In this document: positions 60,374 through 64,000 of the stretch, piece by piece
How positions within the stretch are numbered: position 1 is the stretch's first letter
Layout of the letters: each line of letters opens with the position of its first letter
Origin: Mobula hypostoma
Taxonomy: Eukaryota
Direction of reading: 5' to 3'
Length of the DNA stretch: 64,000 nucleotides
NCBI RefSeq assembly: GCF_963921235.1
Contig: NC_086097.1
Span: 169,324,001-169,388,000 of the forward strand
Notes under the pieces: model-generated
Told to the model about the DNA's origin: nothing
Seen by the model: the letters and a program-made list of their open reading frames with translations, nothing else
Databases searched by the model: none
Made by a program: the position numbers and the translations under genes

Positions 60374-61939
60374 CTGGAATTAAATACATTATTGAATTGA
60401 TCTGCATTTTATGTGCACTTTGGAACTGTAGAGAACTCTTTGAAAGATTATGAATTCAATTATTTAGTCTGTTAGTATTATGACCTTTTAAGTATAGTTT
60501 TAGCAATTAATTATTAATGAGCAAAGAAATGATAGGGTCAATGCAGGGTCTTTACTTATTTTTGATGCTTGTTTATCCTCAACCTTAAAAACAAGCAATC
60601 TGATCAATTTCATGTGAGCTGCAAACCATCACTGAACACCATCACTCCTCCTGCATCCAAAGAGCATTTCAATTATACTTTCAAATATTCCATACAGAAT
60701 ACACAGCTTAGACAGATCATATGGCACCAACAGTACTTGCAGTTTATACGAGCAGTTCCATTCACATAAACTACATACTTACAGTAAGTTTCTACAAAAT
60801 TCCAGCTGCATCCTTTGTACCTTACTGACAGCCTCTCATTATGCTTATCATTGAAAGGAAATCATTTGTGTTTACTCTTTCAAAATCTTCCAGTATCTCA
60901 AATGTTTTATATACCCAAGTCTCACATGACTTCCTCTTTTCAGGTTAAAGGACATTCCTTCTCTATTAGTATAACCTTAGAATTCAGGCTTTACATTTAT
61001 AAAGCCTCACACAATTTCTCCTGTGTCTTCATATATTTTCTAAAATATAGGAGCAATAATTTTACTGGGGGAATCAAGCTGGTCAAACCAAGGTTCAATA
61101 TTTATCTGCTTTTCAATTTATTTCCTCATCCCCAACCTCCTCCCAATCCTTAGTGAAAAGATCTCAGCAAATTAATATTTTGAGAACACATTCATGCTGA
61201 CAAGTAACCAATTACAATACTTCTTTTAAGCAGTTTCTTTGAGTCAAGTGGGATATGCTTTTATCCCAGTTCTATTGATTCTGAGGTGGATGAACAAATT
61301 CTATGTTAGGCCACATAGTGACTTGCATGACAAGTGGTTACTTAAGAGTTGATGTGCTGCTTCATTTAGTTCTTAGGCAATGACAGTGAAGTCTTTCACT
61401 GATTGGTATTCTTGATATTCTGGGTCCAAAGCTTTCAGTAGATATTTGTGGGTTACTTTTAATACACCTACCAGTACATCAACTAGAGTCCTAAAAATGC
61501 AAGATTTTGGTCAAAATGTTTGAACAAAGACAACTGAGGACATTGAACTTTGCAATCATCATCTAAACAATTCAATTCAACATACCATAGTCTCTTTCAG
61601 TACAGAAAATATAAAACTTCAATAACAAACAGACGAGCAAATTTCACTCCATATATTGTAACATCTCAGCATGCCATGAAGTTAAATTTGATTTTGGACA
61701 ATATCAGCTGTTACACAGCAGAAGCATTTCCTCTGAGCAATCTTGAAGGGAATGAATAATACTAATAATCATGTGAAGTGATAAGCCAGTACACAAGACC
61801 TTCAGAAAGACATCTCAGGCAATCGAAACAATTCCTTGTGCAAAACATTAAAGGTGGAAAAGTTCAGAAGATCACAGAATTAAAGGATATTGCTAGTGCT
61901 GTGTGAAACATTGGACTGAATTAATTTAATACACTTCAC

Positions 61940-62170
61940 CTCAACCAATGGATTTTCTGCCACAGCTGTAACCACCACTCTGACTGCAAGTGCTTCTGCT
62001 CTGGCAACTGTATGGGCATCTGCTGAGACTGGATATGATGAGATAGATAGCACACACTGAAAAACACCAGCCTGGCGTGGAAGGAACATCAGTTTTAAAT
62101 CTTCAGTAACATGAGGGCCAATTATAGTTTTGTTCTTGAATATCCAGCACTGGTGAGCAAATGCATCCAT
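61940..62170 (-). CDS. CEP192: CEP192 internal coding exon (1st in window, 231 bp, phase 0-0)
   Basis: ttccag|ATGGATGCA...GTTGAG|gtgaag; encodes MDAFAHQCWIFKNKTIIGPHVTEDLKLMFLPRQAGVFQCVLSISSYPVSADAHTVARAEALAVRVVVTAVAENPLVE, resembling vertebrate CEP192. Confidence 0.9.
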
Positions 62171-62559
62171 CTGGAAAGTATAAAATAGATAAAAGTGAAC
62201 TGAACAGTTAATTGATAGCTGATAAGCTACTGCATCAGACATCCAAACATATTAAAAGTACTGACTCTGAGTTCAACTTGTTAAAGTCAGGCTGCTTACT
62301 TCGACTTAAAATTTTAATAATCTCTGAAAGCAACCTCAGAAACAACATGTTTAATGAAATTGTTAACTTGGTGTAGGGTGCATTATTACTTTATTTGCTG
62401 ATTGGCACCATGTAGTTCTAGGTAGTACAAATTTCACTGGTAGCAGGGTGAGATTGAAGTTTTTCCTAGAATGTCCAAAAATATTTTTGCAAGTTGTTAA
62501 CTAAAGGAGTTCTCCCTATCAAATTTCAAGTTAAACTCACTGGTTCCTGAGGGTTCTAT

Positions 62560-63026
62560 TACCTTAAGCTCCCTAATTGCCTCCAGTTCATTACATAACG
62601 TCCAATCCAGTATGCTGATCCCCTCGTAGGCTCAACTGCAAACAGCTCTAAAAAGCCATCTCTTAGGCATTCAACAAACTCACTCTCGAGATCCATTACC
62701 AACCTGATTTTCCCATAGACCTGCATGTTAAAATCTCCCATGACTACCATAACATTGCTGTTTTGACACACCTTTTCTATTTCCTGTTGTAATTTGTGGT
62801 CCACATCACAGATACTGTTTGGAGGCCTGTAGATAACTATCATTAACATCCTTTTACCCTTGTAGTTTCTTAAGTCAACCCACAAGGATTCAACATCTTC
62901 TGATCCTGTCACATTTTTCTACTGATTTGATGACATTTTTTGCCACACCATCCCCTCTGCTGACCTTCCTATCCCTCTGATATAATGTGTAACCTTGGAC
63001 ATTCAGCTCCAAACTTCAACTATCCA
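62560..63026 (-). mobile_element. CR1 LINE APE fragment
   Basis: VESLWVDLRN..GK..LMIVIYRPPNS...VVMGDFN...FVECLRDGFL. Confidence 0.8.
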
Positions 63027-64000
63027 TAAGACCATAAGATACAGGAGCAGAAGCGGGCCATTCGGCCCATCGAGTCTGCTTTGCCATTCAATTATAGGCT
63101 GATCCAATACTTCCAGTCATCCTCACTCCCCTGCCTACTCCCCATTCCCTTTGATGCCTTGGCTAATCAAGGACCTATCTTTCTCTGCCTTAAATGCACC
63201 CAATGACTTGGCCTCCACAGCTGCTCGTGGCAACAAATTCCTCAGATTTACCACCCTCCGACTAAAGTAATTTCTCTGCATCTCTGTTCCAAGTGGACGT
63301 CCTTCAATCCTGAAGTCGTGCCCTCTTGTCCTGGACTCCCCTACCATGGGAAATAACTTTGCTATATCTAATCTGTTCAAGCCTTTTAACATATGAAATG
63401 TTTCTGAGATTTCCCCTCATTCTCCTGAACTCCAGGGAATACAGCCCAAGAGCTACCAGACGTTCCTCATATGGTAACCCTTTCACTCCTGGAATCATTC
63501 TCGTGAATCTTCTCTGAACCCTCTCCAATGTCAGAATATCCTTTCTAAAATAAGGAGCACAAAACTGCACACAACACTCCAAAAGTGTGGTCTCATGAGT
63601 GCCTTATAGAGTCTCAACATCACATCCCTGCTCTTATATTCTATACCTCTATGCCAATATTGCATTCGCCGCGTTCACCATCGACTCAACCTGCAGGTTA
63701 ACATTGAGGGTATCCTGCACAAGGACTCCCAAGTCCCTTTGCATCTCTGCATTTTGAATTCTCTCCCCATCTAAATAATAGTCTGCCTGTTTATTTCTTC
63801 CACCAAAGTGCATGACCACACACTTTCCAACATTGTATTTCATTTGCCACTTTTTTGCCCATTCCCCTAAACTATCAAAGTCTCTCTGCAGGCTCTCTGT
63901 TTCCTCAACACTACCTGCTCCTCCACCTATCTTTGTATCATTGGCAAATTTAGCCACAAATCCATTAATCCCATAGTCCAAATCATTGAGATACATCGTA
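63027..64000 (-). mobile_element. CR1 LINE RT C-terminus and 3' UTR (runs off the window)
   Basis: YLNDLD..INGFVAKFANDTKIGG, LECCVQFCAPY, LERVQRRFTRMIPG, TRGHDFRIEG, tail tcttatggtcttatg. Confidence 0.88.

Noticed and set aside
267..63996. Remaining short ORFs in the supplied track as independent genes
   Set aside because: The track uses alternative starts and ignores splicing; these ORFs are TE fragments, antisense shadows of exons or random

Overview
Eukaryotic (vertebrate) genomic DNA, most likely from a cartilaginous fish such as a ray; this is inferred from the repeat content, not proven. The window lies inside one gene, CEP192, on the minus strand. I traced 18 consecutive internal coding exons (62170 down to 1176, about 2.6 kb or 875 codons) whose splice phases chain without a break and encode the C-terminal PapD-like/ASH repeat region. 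One intron (19395-20232) must be GC-AG to keep the frame. The introns are inflated by nested, mostly dead transposons: a full-length L1 with a 16-bp TSD inside a Rex1/Babar LINE, CR1 and RTE LINEs, Penelope-like elements (Neptune- and Poseidon-type) carrying minimal hammerhead ribozyme motifs and often inserted as tail-out inverted pairs with 12-16 bp TSDs, two non-autonomous PIF/Harbinger elements, a Tigger, a Tc1 MITE, a palindromic Tc1 made of two 3' halves, and a GalEa-like Ty1/copia LTR element with a tRNA-iMet PBS nested in a Tc1. Most of the supplied ORFs are TE debris or spurious. I found no clearly new protein system. The most unusual signals are the intronic hammerhead-bearing palindromes, the fold-back Tc1, the copia element, a 154-bp locally templated insertion and the GC-AG intron. 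Family assignments come from recalled motifs, not database searches.
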